Virus record (IMG/VR): IMGVR_UViG_3300029288_000010
Location: 4,847 to 68,846 of that record
DNA from: a virus
Lineage: Duplodnaviria; Caudoviricetes
DNA length: 64,000 bases
Reading direction: 5' to 3' (one strand)
Part shown: positions 30,072-38,748 of the stretch, one piece after another
Position numbering within the stretch: the first letter of the stretch is position 1
How the letters are laid out: each line of letters opens with the position of its first letter
The notes under the pieces: model-generated
What the model saw: the letters and a program-made list of their open reading frames with translations, nothing else
The model's database searches: none
Told to the model about the DNA's origin: nothing
Made by a program: the position numbers and the translations under genes

Positions 30072-30838
30072 TGCTACCAGAACAATGCCAATTTATAGTT
30101 CTTGCTGGAGTAAATAAATGTGGAACTTCATCTTTGGCTTATGCACTAAAAAAACATCCAAATATATATCTAGCAAATGGTAAAGAGCCAGCATTCTTTG
30201 TAGAGGATAGGTTTTTTGATTCACAGGGCAAGGTCAATGAAGTTGACTTAAGTAATTACCATTTCTATGTATATAAGTTCTTTGAGAGTGTAACACATTA
30301 CCTTGATGCTTCTACGATATATTCTGGATTCCCAAAATGTATGAAGAGGATAATGGAATATAGATCAGATGCTAAAATAGTTATTGTATTTAGAAATCCA
30401 ATAAATAGAGCATATTCTGCATGGTGGCATTTTGCAAGTGACGGGAAATCAGAAAAACATTCATTCCATGATGCAATAATTAACGAAGCAAAGTACTGTA
30501 TGGAAGCAAAAGACTTAGGATATTCCCTCAGATCTTATGTATCAAGAGGATTTTATTCCAATACCATAAGGATGATTTGGAGATACTTTGATAAATCACA
30601 AGTATTGCCAATAAAATTTGAGAGCATGGTTGCAAACAAACAAGAAACTTTAAATAGTATATTTAACTTTATAGGAGTAGAGCAGGTAGAATTAGAATTT
30701 GGGCATAAGTTGAAAAGTGCCTATCCTTGCCCGATGAGCGATGAAGACAAGGAATATTTAAAATATGTTTATGAATACTCAATAAAAGATTTAGAAAGAA
30801 TGTTGAGTTGGGACTGTAGTGATTGGCTATCAACTTAA
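30071..30838 (+). CDS. PAPS-dependent sulfotransferase (Sulfotransfer_1/3-like)
   Basis: 5'-PSB loop AGVNKCGTSSL, HP.I...KEP.FF, DAST.Y, 3'-PB RNPINRAYSAW, RG.YS, FE. Confidence 0.9.
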   Translation: MLPEQCQFIVLAGVNKCGTSSLAYALKKHPNIYLANGKEPAFFVEDRFFDSQGKVNEVDLSNYHFYVYKFFESVTHYLDASTIYSGFPKCMKRIMEYRSDAKIVIVFRNPINRAYSAWWHFASDGKSEKHSFHDAIINEAKYCMEAKDLGYSLRSYVSRGFYSNTIRMIWRYFDKSQVLPIKFESMVANKQETLNSIFNFIGVEQVELEFGHKLKSAYPCPMSDEDKEYLKYVYEYSIKDLERMLSWDCSDWLST

Positions 30839-30853
30839 TATCAAGAGAGGTCA

Positions 30854-31492
30854 TTGAAGATGATAACGGAAAAGCTATTAAGATGTTCTATTAAATCAGC
30901 AGAATTAGAGCAATCAAGAATCAACGAAAAAGTAATGGGAATAGGAGGATTTACTTCTAACAAAGTAAGGCATTTTTTGAACAATATCTGTGGTGTACTA
31001 CCATTCCACTATCTAGAAGTTGGAACCCATCATGGCTCAACAATAATAGCAGCTTCATTTAGGAATCATGGTAAATATACAGGAATAGATGATTTTTCAC
31101 AGTTTCAGGGAAGGGAGAAGGTCCTCTTTGATAACATAAATCAATTTAATGGACTATGCAATATTAAATTTATCAATGGGAACTCTTTTAGTAAAGAAGT
31201 TATTGACCAAATAGACAATAATAGCATAGAAGTATATTTCTATGATGGAGACCATTCCTATGAATCGCAATATAAAGCACTTGTTGATTATATTGGTAAG
31301 ATGAATAAAAAGTTCTGCTTTATAGTTGATGACTGGAATTGGGAAGGCCCAAGAAATGGAACCAATGATGCTATTAGCTTCCTTGAATTAAAAACAGTAT
31401 ATAAAGAAGAGTTATTTACCCCAAATTATGAAAATGGAAGGGCAGATAGCTGGTGGAACGGACTGGGAATATTTATATTGGAGAGACAATAG
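30854..31492 (+). CDS. Class I SAM methyltransferase (Methyltransf_24-like)
   Basis: YLEVGTHHGST, GIDDFS, FYDGDHSY, IVDDWNW, WWNG. Confidence 0.82.
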   Translation: MKMITEKLLRCSIKSAELEQSRINEKVMGIGGFTSNKVRHFLNNICGVLPFHYLEVGTHHGSTIIAASFRNHGKYTGIDDFSQFQGREKVLFDNINQFNGLCNIKFINGNSFSKEVIDQIDNNSIEVYFYDGDHSYESQYKALVDYIGKMNKKFCFIVDDWNWEGPRNGTNDAISFLELKTVYKEELFTPNYENGRADSWWNGLGIFILERQ

Positions 31493-31494
31493 AC

Positions 31495-32292
31495 ATGGCC
31501 AAACTAGGAGGATCAATATTTACACATAACTGCATTAAGTATGATTATTGCTTTAAAGAATCTATTAGAAGCCTATGTGGAGTTTGCGATGAAGTTGTAT
31601 GCTTAGACGCTGAAAGTGATGATGGAACACTTGAAGAGCTTAAAGTATTACGAGGTGAACTGCCAAATCTAAAAATAATACAAGATAAATGGGAACAGCA
31701 CATAGAAGGAAGCCCTGGATATGACAGGCTTTGCATATTAGCAAACAAGGCAAGGGAGGAATTAAGCACTGAATGGCATTTCATGCTTCAGGCAGATGAA
31801 GTTATACATGAAAGTTCTCATGATCATATAAGAGAATTTATTGATAGCCCAAATATTAGTTCAGTTGTTTGCTTGAGATATAATATATATGGAGACTTTG
31901 ATCATTATGTTAAATTAACTAGTGCAAAGAAGCCATGTGGAGACTTTATAGTCAGATTAGCAAGAAAGTCATGCCGAGTAGTTGGAGACGCAGAGTCTAT
32001 AATGATGCATCCTGTAGTATATAGAGATGAACCGCAGTCAGCTATAAAAATATTTCACTATGGAATGGTAAGACATCCATATATTTTTGTTGACAAAGTA
32101 ATAGATATGCAAAAATGGTTTTTTGGAGTTCCAGATTATAGATTTGTTCAATACAAATCAGATGGAAATAGGTGGAATCCATTAGACATCATACCAAAAG
32201 AAGAACTTAATGCCCTTAAAATTAACCATCCAAGCATAGTTTCTAATTGGATAGAAAAGAGAAGATCTTTTTATAACATAAATATGGTATAA
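31495..32292 (+). CDS. GT2-like (GT-A fold) glycosyltransferase
   Basis: HNCIKYDY.F.E.I.SL..VCDEVV.LD..S.DGT; W.F.LQADE; IFHYG. Confidence 0.8.
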   Translation: MAKLGGSIFTHNCIKYDYCFKESIRSLCGVCDEVVCLDAESDDGTLEELKVLRGELPNLKIIQDKWEQHIEGSPGYDRLCILANKAREELSTEWHFMLQADEVIHESSHDHIREFIDSPNISSVVCLRYNIYGDFDHYVKLTSAKKPCGDFIVRLARKSCRVVGDAESIMMHPVVYRDEPQSAIKIFHYGMVRHPYIFVDKVIDMQKWFFGVPDYRFVQYKSDGNRWNPLDIIPKEELNALKINHPSIVSNWIEKRRSFYNINMV

Positions 32293-32344
32293 TTAAAATA
32301 TGACTATAACTTAACATTATATAAACCTACTAAAAGGAAACATT

Positions 32345-32494
32345 ATGCCGTGGAAAAGCAAAAAACAAATGGCCTGGGGAAATTCAAAATCCGGGAGAGA
32401 ATCTATGGGAGAAAAGAAAGTAAGTGAATTTAATAAGGCTACTAAGGGCAAGAAATTGCCTAAAAAAATTAAAAAAACAAAGAAAGGCAAATAA
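32345..32494 (+). CDS. Small very basic protein (49 aa, not in track)
   Basis: MPWKSKKQMAWGNSKSGRESMGEKKVSEFNKATKGKKLPKKIKKTKKGK; AAAGGA SD; resembles the MP(F/W)KSK.Q-type basic phage peptides. Confidence 0.75.
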   Translation: MPWKSKKQMAWGNSKSGRESMGEKKVSEFNKATKGKKLPKKIKKTKKGK

Positions 32495-32495
32495 T

Positions 32496-32846
32496 ATGAA
32501 AAAGGTATTTTTAGCATCAATGCTTATAATGTCAATTTGTGGAATAGCATATTCATCAGTTTTCCTTGAATGCAATCCAATACCTCAAAGCCAAAATGAT
32601 CCAAGCAATCTAGTGGATCATTACATTATAACCATAGATGGGTTAAGCAACATTGTATTGCCAATAAAGGATGAAACTGCTTGCACTGCAAAGTTTAAAT
32701 ATGAGTTAACCGGGATATCACTTGGAGATCATTCTATTTTCATTAAGACTGTTAATTATTTTGGGGTTGAAAGCGACCCTTTCGAGTTCTCTTGTCCTGT
32801 AGAGAAACCGGACTCTCCTTCTGGCGTAAAGATAGTGGCAGAATAA
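32496..32846 (+). CDS. Secreted Ig/FN3-like small protein
   Basis: Likely start 32496 (MKKVFLASMLIMSICGIAYS signal peptide); beta-strand pattern ending P.SPSGV.I. Confidence 0.65.
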   Translation: MKKVFLASMLIMSICGIAYSSVFLECNPIPQSQNDPSNLVDHYIITIDGLSNIVLPIKDETACTAKFKYELTGISLGDHSIFIKTVNYFGVESDPFEFSCPVEKPDSPSGVKIVAE

Positions 32847-33002
32847 AAGAGATAAGGGAATTTGAATATTATGTTGTTAATGAATAAAACTTTAAAATAT
32901 ACCAAAGATTGTGGATTCGTTTTAATTGGAGTTCTCTGGTATTTTTTAAGAAATATTTCAGGTAATAATTACTTTGGTTGGAATGGAGATTGAGAGGATA
33001 GC

Positions 33003-36000
33003 ATGAACAGGCTTTCACAGACCAATATCGTGATACTTTTCTCCGTTATTGCTATCCTCTCAATTTGCTCTATTGGATATCCAGAAGATTACTGGGTATA
33101 TGTCACTACTACAGATGATTATTCCTCTTCTGAAGGGTCTAACTCTCAAAAAGGTGACATGGTTGATGCTATACCTGCAAGCATCTATACTCCGACAACC
33201 GAAGAAAAGAAATTGTGGGCTATTTTTAAAGTGTCTGGAACGACAAAAGAAGAACTTGAATTTTACAAACAGCCTGGCTATAAGTCAGTTGACACTTCAA
33301 AAGGATATAGCTGGTACAGAAAACACAAACTCGACATAAAATCTCTTGGATTAGAAACAAAGGGAGTTAGAGAAGGAACTTTTAATTGGTCGTACGTAAA
33401 ATCCAAAATATCTGAAAAAACCAATACTGATTTAGCACAATGGAGAGACAATCATAATTATCAAGTAAAAATAGATTACTGGATGTCATATCTTAAGGTA
33501 TTTGAAACAGTTAAAGCATGGGCTACTTCTACAGTAGTTAAGACTGTTAATAAAACAAGTGGTGATTACAATACTCTGACCCTTTGGGAGGATGCAACTG
33601 ACAATGATTCCCTAATTACAGCAGACGAAATTAGAGTAGCCGAATGCTATGATGATTTGAATAATGGTATTTTAGACGACAGAACAGCCTTTAGTATAAC
33701 TGGAACATACATAGATTCTACTCATTACCGTGATGTCTATGCTCCTTCTGGACAGAGGCATAATGGCATAGAAGATAACTCTGCAAATCCTTCTGGTTTC
33801 TGTATTGACCCATCAACTAATGGAAGTGTAATTATAATTTATGAAAGTTATATTAGATTTCATGACATCCGTATTAAAGGCTGGGGGAATGACGGGTATG
33901 GATATACAAGTGCCATTTCGGTTCAAGAAGGAAATTATGTAAGAATTTATAACAATCTAATTTACAAGCCAAATGGTGGGAACGATAGAGGATATAGGGG
34001 AATTTATTTTGCAGATGTACCAAATTATCTTTACATTTACAACAATGCTATTATCAATGTATCAGGTAAAAGTGGATATCATGCTTATGGAATTGGATCT
34101 TATAATGATAACAATGTTTACATAATTGGTAATTCAATTTATAACATTACAGGGTCAAGCGGATCCAGTGCCTATGGCATCCTTTCTGGAAGCACGAAGC
34201 ATGTAGTATCGAACAATATAGTAATTACTTGCACCACAGCTTGTTTTTCTGGAACTTGTGCAGCTTCCTCAAATAACAATATGTCATCTGATACAAGTTC
34301 ACCTGGAGCTGCTGGAATCGACAATGAAACAACTGGTGAATTTACTTCTGTAACTGCTGACTCAGTTGATGTTCACCTTGCTGCCGATGCAAATGCTATT
34401 GAAGCTGGATTAGATGCTTCTTCAACTTTAGGATGCACCGCAAGCTCAACTTGTATTGACTATGTATATAATATAAGACCACAAAGAACTAACTGGGACA
34501 TGGGATGCCATGAAAAACCACCCGTTCCTACTCCAACACTAACTATAACAGCAACTGCTACAGCTACAATTACAAGAACTCCAACTTTAACAATTACAAG
34601 AACTCCAACCATTACAGTCACAGCAACAGATACCATGACTCCAACTTTGTCTGCAACTCCTACAATGACTCTTACATTGTCTAATACTCCTACAATGACT
34701 GTGACTGAAACCATTACAGCAACTCCTTCATATACAGCAACACCTACAGCAACTTGTGTTGAACCTGATAATAGAATCAGAATTGGATTAAATGCTAATT
34801 GTGATTATGCTGGTGGATGGGAAGATACTCATGTTGATAAGCAAAATCCAAATACAAATTATGGAAATGACGAAACAATGGAAGTTCAAACTGTTGCAAT
34901 GCAAAATGCAGCATATGTTCATTTCAGATTTAATACTGGAGACTTATATAACTATGTAGATATTACTTCTGCACGTCTTTGGGTTTACATTACAACAGCA
35001 AGTTCATTGTTGCCATATAGCCCAGAATTATATGCTTTAAACCAAGCATGGGTCGAATTACAAGACACCTTTAATATTTACTCAACTGGAAATTCATGGA
35101 CAGGTTCTGATGGTGGGAATCAGGACAAAGGTGATTCATATGGTTCAGGGACTTGGTATGCTGGTCCCAAATGGAGAGTAATGGAATTAAATGCTGCATG
35201 TATTGCTCAATTAGAATCATCTGCTGGAACTGGTAATTCAATCGACTTTTTCCTAACAGATGAAGCTGTATTTGGCTCAAATTATACAATGGCAAGTAGT
35301 GAAAATACCGATGACTCACGAAGACCTTATGTAGAGATTTGCTACCATACTTATATAACACCAACACAAACTTTAACTCCTACAATGACCTTAACATCTA
35401 CCTTAACACAAACACCAACACTTTCAGCTACTATAACACAGACAATTACCATTACTCCAGCAACCCCAACGAATACCATGACTCCTACATTATCAAATAC
35501 TCCTACTCAAACGGTTACAGCAACCCAAACACAAACTGCCACTGTCACAGCAACTGCAACTGAAACTCCAGTTCCTACCTGTGGCTCTCATTCAAGAGCA
35601 AGATTTGGGGATGGCTCATTCTGTGAATTTGTGGACTGGGCAGATACTTATGTTGATTTCTCACACCCTACTGCAAACTATGGAACTGATTCTAATTTAT
35701 GGATAGACCCAGATGGAGCAAATACAAGATATACGCACATCAGGTCTAATATTAGAGCAATCTATCCAGCAACAATAAGTTCAGCAAGGTTATATTTTTA
35801 TGTATCAGACACTAACTCACAGGAAATGAATTTAATAACTAAAATATTGAGTTCTGATAATTCAAAGCAATTCAGTGAAATACAAGACACATGGAGACTA
35901 TATGAAACTGGTCATTCATGGGAGAACGAAGATGGTGGAATGAGTGATGCTGGTGATACCATATCAAGCACATGGTGGGGCAATGTAACTGGATGGCAAT

Positions 36001-36392
36001 TTATAGAATTCAATGTAACCGGAATTACTTATTTAACTACTCAAATGAATGCCAATACCCCATGCCAATTTATTATCTACTCCTCTTCTGGTAAAAGGCA
36101 ACTTGTTAGTTCTGATGGAACTGATTTAAATAGGCCATACTTAGAAATTTGCTATGACCCAATGCCAACTCCAACTGCTACAGCTACAGCTACAGCTACA
36201 CAAACTGCCACTGCTACACAAACTGCCACACAAACAAGTACATTAACTCCAACTAATACACAAACACCAACACTAACAATAACTAGGACCCCAACCGTAT
36301 CTCCAACTGAATGTGATGGGTATATAATAGAAGAAAAGCCAGGGTCTGGAATAATTCATTCATTACAAAAGAGAAGTAGTATGAAGCAATAA
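33003..36392 (+). CDS. Large secreted/adhesin-like protein: signal peptide, beta-helix-like domain, two DNRLRE/CBM96-like domains, Thr/Pro-rich linkers
   Basis: N-terminal hydrophobic leader; NN.IY/NN.I repeats; DT.V....P.TNYG...RFN....ITSARL.VY twice; three TPT-rich tracts. Confidence 0.75.
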   Translation: MNRLSQTNIVILFSVIAILSICSIGYPEDYWVYVTTTDDYSSSEGSNSQKGDMVDAIPASIYTPTTEEKKLWAIFKVSGTTKEELEFYKQPGYKSVDTSKGYSWYRKHKLDIKSLGLETKGVREGTFNWSYVKSKISEKTNTDLAQWRDNHNYQVKIDYWMSYLKVFETVKAWATSTVVKTVNKTSGDYNTLTLWEDATDNDSLITADEIRVAECYDDLNNGILDDRTAFSITGTYIDSTHYRDVYAPSGQRHNGIEDNSANPSGFCIDPSTNGSVIIIYESYIRFHDIRIKGWGNDGYGYTSAISVQEGNYVRIYNNLIYKPNGGNDRGYRGIYFADVPNYLYIYNNAIINVSGKSGYHAYGIGSYNDNNVYIIGNSIYNITGSSGSSAYGILSGSTKHVVSNNIVITCTTACFSGTCAASSNNNMSSDTSSPGAAGIDNETTGEFTSVTADSVDVHLAADANAIEAGLDASSTLGCTASSTCIDYVYNIRPQRTNWDMGCHEKPPVPTPTLTITATATATITRTPTLTITRTPTITVTATDTMTPTLSATPTMTLTLSNTPTMTVTETITATPSYTATPTATCVEPDNRIRIGLNANCDYAGGWEDTHVDKQNPNTNYGNDETMEVQTVAMQNAAYVHFRFNTGDLYNYVDITSARLWVYITTASSLLPYSPELYALNQAWVELQDTFNIYSTGNSWTGSDGGNQDKGDSYGSGTWYAGPKWRVMELNAACIAQLESSAGTGNSIDFFLTDEAVFGSNYTMASSENTDDSRRPYVEICYHTYITPTQTLTPTMTLTSTLTQTPTLSATITQTITITPATPTNTMTPTLSNTPTQTVTATQTQTATVTATATETPVPTCGSHSRARFGDGSFCEFVDWADTYVDFSHPTANYGTDSNLWIDPDGANTRYTHIRSNIRAIYPATISSARLYFYVSDTNSQEMNLITKILSSDNSKQFSEIQDTWRLYETGHSWENEDGGMSDAGDTISSTWWGNVTGWQFIEFNVTGITYLTTQMNANTPCQFIIYSSSGKRQLVSSDGTDLNRPYLEICYDPMPTPTATATATATQTATATQTATQTSTLTPTNTQTPTLTITRTPTVSPTECDGYIIEEKPGSGIIHSLQKRSSMKQ
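34519..34753 (+). repeat. Degenerate tandem repeats encoding the first Thr/Pro linker
   Basis: For example acaattacaagaactccaac twice at 24-nt spacing; similar tracts near 35355-35580 and 36160-36310. Confidence 0.7.
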
Positions 36393-36393
36393 A

Positions 36394-36422
36394 TTGATTT
36401 AAAGTATAATTTAACTTATAAT
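36394..36422 (+). promoter_or_regulatory. sigma70-type promoter
   Basis: TTGATT(36394-99)-17 nt-TATAAT(36417-22). Confidence 0.65.
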
Positions 36423-36450
36423 ATAAACATGAGATATACGGAGATGTACC

Positions 36451-37101
36451 ATGACAGATAAAATAACAATAGCAAGTATAGTTGCTTTTATTATATTTGT
36501 ATTATATATGATCTTATTTTATGGATCTTGCCATGCAGGAATACCGGTTGGAACACCATACCATATAAAGGCAGTAGTGTCAAATGGTCAAGTATTTCAA
36601 ACTGGGCAATCTGTCCAGGTTGGGATATTGAGAAATAGTGATTTATATTGGTATGATTTTGTAAATACTAAATTTATATCAAACCCAGCAAATAACTGCT
36701 ATGATGACATGACCGAATATGATTCTCACCCATTATTTGGATTCTATGATTATAGTTGGACTCCCCCTATTAGGAAGAAAATAAGCATATCATCAACGGT
36801 AGGAACCATAAGTGTTGGAGATACTGTAAAAGGATGCACTAGTTTAGCCAATGGTACTGTTTTAACAAAAACTGCAAGCTACATTATTGTAGATAATATA
36901 TTTGGTACATTTCAAAATAATGAGAAAATTTGCTTAGGATCTGATACATGTTCCACTTCAACAAACTATTTTATGTCTAGTGGTACTGGAGTTGATGTTC
37001 CTGAGATATATACATTTTTTGCAATATGCAGTGGTGACATAAAACTCTATTCAGCAGTAGATATATCAACTGACGTTATCAATTTCTATTTCGGTCAATA
37101 A
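36451..37101 (+). CDS. Signal-peptide-bearing beta-rich hypothetical protein
   Basis: Hydrophobic leader ending CHA; beta-rich body. Confidence 0.65.
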   Translation: MTDKITIASIVAFIIFVLYMILFYGSCHAGIPVGTPYHIKAVVSNGQVFQTGQSVQVGILRNSDLYWYDFVNTKFISNPANNCYDDMTEYDSHPLFGFYDYSWTPPIRKKISISSTVGTISVGDTVKGCTSLANGTVLTKTASYIIVDNIFGTFQNNEKICLGSDTCSTSTNYFMSSGTGVDVPEIYTFFAICSGDIKLYSAVDISTDVINFYFGQ

Positions 37102-37112
37102 GGAGACACTAA

Positions 37113-37601
37113 ATGAGAAGACTGTTTGCATTATTACTAATACTAATAACAATATATTGCACATTTTCACTGATTACCAATGCACAAACCACAAACTTGC
37201 CCAACATACAAACTAATCAAAATCCAAAATCTAACGACTTTAGCATTTCAATAACCCTTTCAGGTGCTGCAATCATAGGTTTTTCAATACAGATTTATAA
37301 TTCCTATAAAAAAGATAGGCTATATGAGAAAATGATAGACTCAAATAATTCAAATATAGACAAAATACTAGCATCCAATAAAGATGATAGAGACTTGCTA
37401 TTTAAAAAGCATGGAGAAGTAATTGAACAGCTTGGGTATTTAGATAAGAGAAGAGAAAGAAATGCTGTAAAAATAGAAAATCTTGAAAATATATACCCAA
37501 CAATACAGGGGAATGTTAATAAGCTTGAAAAAAGAGTTATTAAAATATGTGGCAAGCACAATGAAATACATCCAGACAAACCATTAGATTTAACACAATG
37601 A
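37113..37601 (+). CDS. Membrane protein with coiled coil (holin/spanin-like candidate)
   Basis: Two hydrophobic segments followed by a coiled coil. Confidence 0.5.
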   Translation: MRRLFALLLILITIYCTFSLITNAQTTNLPNIQTNQNPKSNDFSISITLSGAAIIGFSIQIYNSYKKDRLYEKMIDSNNSNIDKILASNKDDRDLLFKKHGEVIEQLGYLDKRRERNAVKIENLENIYPTIQGNVNKLEKRVIKICGKHNEIHPDKPLDLTQ

Positions 37602-37610
37602 GGCAATAAT

Positions 37611-37877
37611 ATGAATCAAGAAATAATAAACACCATTATAGTAACAGCACTTCCGTTGATATTTGCATGGATAAGAGAGTATATACACAGAAAACATAAA
37701 GACACTATTATTGACAAGACTACCAATGGAGTGGAGAAGTTAATAGAAAGTATGCCACCAGAACAAGTAAAGTTAATAAAGGACTCTATAGCATCTGAAT
37801 TTGTAGGAGCAAGCAAAACTGTTACAAATCTATTCCAAAAAGCACTAATAAAGAAGGGATTTTCAAAGGAAGCATAA
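37611..37877 (+). CDS. Small membrane protein (holin-like candidate)
   Basis: One N-terminal TM segment, basic C-terminus. Confidence 0.45.
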   Translation: MNQEIINTIIVTALPLIFAWIREYIHRKHKDTIIDKTTNGVEKLIESMPPEQVKLIKDSIASEFVGASKTVTNLFQKALIKKGFSKEA

Positions 37878-37915
37878 TGCAATATAAAAAATGCAAACCA
37901 AAGAAAGGCAAGTAG

Positions 37916-38701
37916 TTGAATCGTACATTTCTTCATACTCAGTATAATGCAACTGATATGACAAGATATCATCCAGATTGTGATGAAATGCCAACAGTAA
38001 AGGTATATAAGCAATTAGATGATTCTTTAATTGAGACCCCAACTGTGTCTAAAAATGCCACACTTGGATATGCAACCGGTCTATATGAATATACATTAGA
38101 CTGGCACAAATATCAACTTGGAAGCCATTATTATGACATAGTTGAATCATTGTATAATGGAAATCTTGTTATAACAGACAAGAGAATATTTAAATGGGGA
38201 CTAACTGATAGTACAGGAGGAGATGCTGATATGGGATTTGACAATAACCTATATAAGGCATTTTTTGATGCAGTAGTCGCATTTACTGATTTTGCAGAAA
38301 TAATAGAATATCCAGCAGATTATAAGATTATGAAGTCTAGATCTCTTGTTAATAAGTCTGCTAATTTTCCATGTATGACATATAGTATATCGGCTCAGCA
38401 TCCTCTTTCTGGAGAAAATTTATCCACATACAGAAGATCTTATTTAGAATGTAGATTTTGGCATGTAGATAACACTAAATCTAAATTACTTTTAAGATTG
38501 AGTGACATGCTATATGACTGGATATGTGAATCTAATGACTACAATGGATTACAGCTTAGAAATGATGTTTTTTATAGTACTAATATCAGAGGAGACCAAG
38601 CATTGGCTGGGCCAACTGGAGAAACTCCATGGCTAGACGATGACTGTGGATGTTTTTGCTGTGGATTTAGAGTAATTGTAGATGCGTGCTGCTATGCTTA
38701 A
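37916..38701 (+). CDS. Tail terminator-like protein with extra N-terminal domain
   Basis: C-terminal half FP..TY......RF.H; precedes the tail tube gene; TTG start. Confidence 0.5.
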   Translation: MNRTFLHTQYNATDMTRYHPDCDEMPTVKVYKQLDDSLIETPTVSKNATLGYATGLYEYTLDWHKYQLGSHYYDIVESLYNGNLVITDKRIFKWGLTDSTGGDADMGFDNNLYKAFFDAVVAFTDFAEIIEYPADYKIMKSRSLVNKSANFPCMTYSISAQHPLSGENLSTYRRSYLECRFWHVDNTKSKLLLRLSDMLYDWICESNDYNGLQLRNDVFYSTNIRGDQALAGPTGETPWLDDDCGCFCCGFRVIVDACCYA

Positions 38702-38748
38702 TATAGGTAATAGTAAGAAATTAAAAGTTTTAATAAAGGAGGACCAAT

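Noticed and set aside
24385-32292. T4-style DNA glucosylation as the role of the GTs
   Set aside because: No hydroxymethylase or 5hmU kinase is visible, the GT families are GT2/GT9, and the location is the late structural operon. Kept only as an alternative to test.
37877-38701. Amber readthrough joining MQYKKCKPKKGK to the in-frame TTG ORF
   Set aside because: A stop followed immediately by an in-frame start is common here (4208/4209, 6350/6351, 13411/13412, 19718/19719, 26290/26291), and the TTG has its own AAAGG SD
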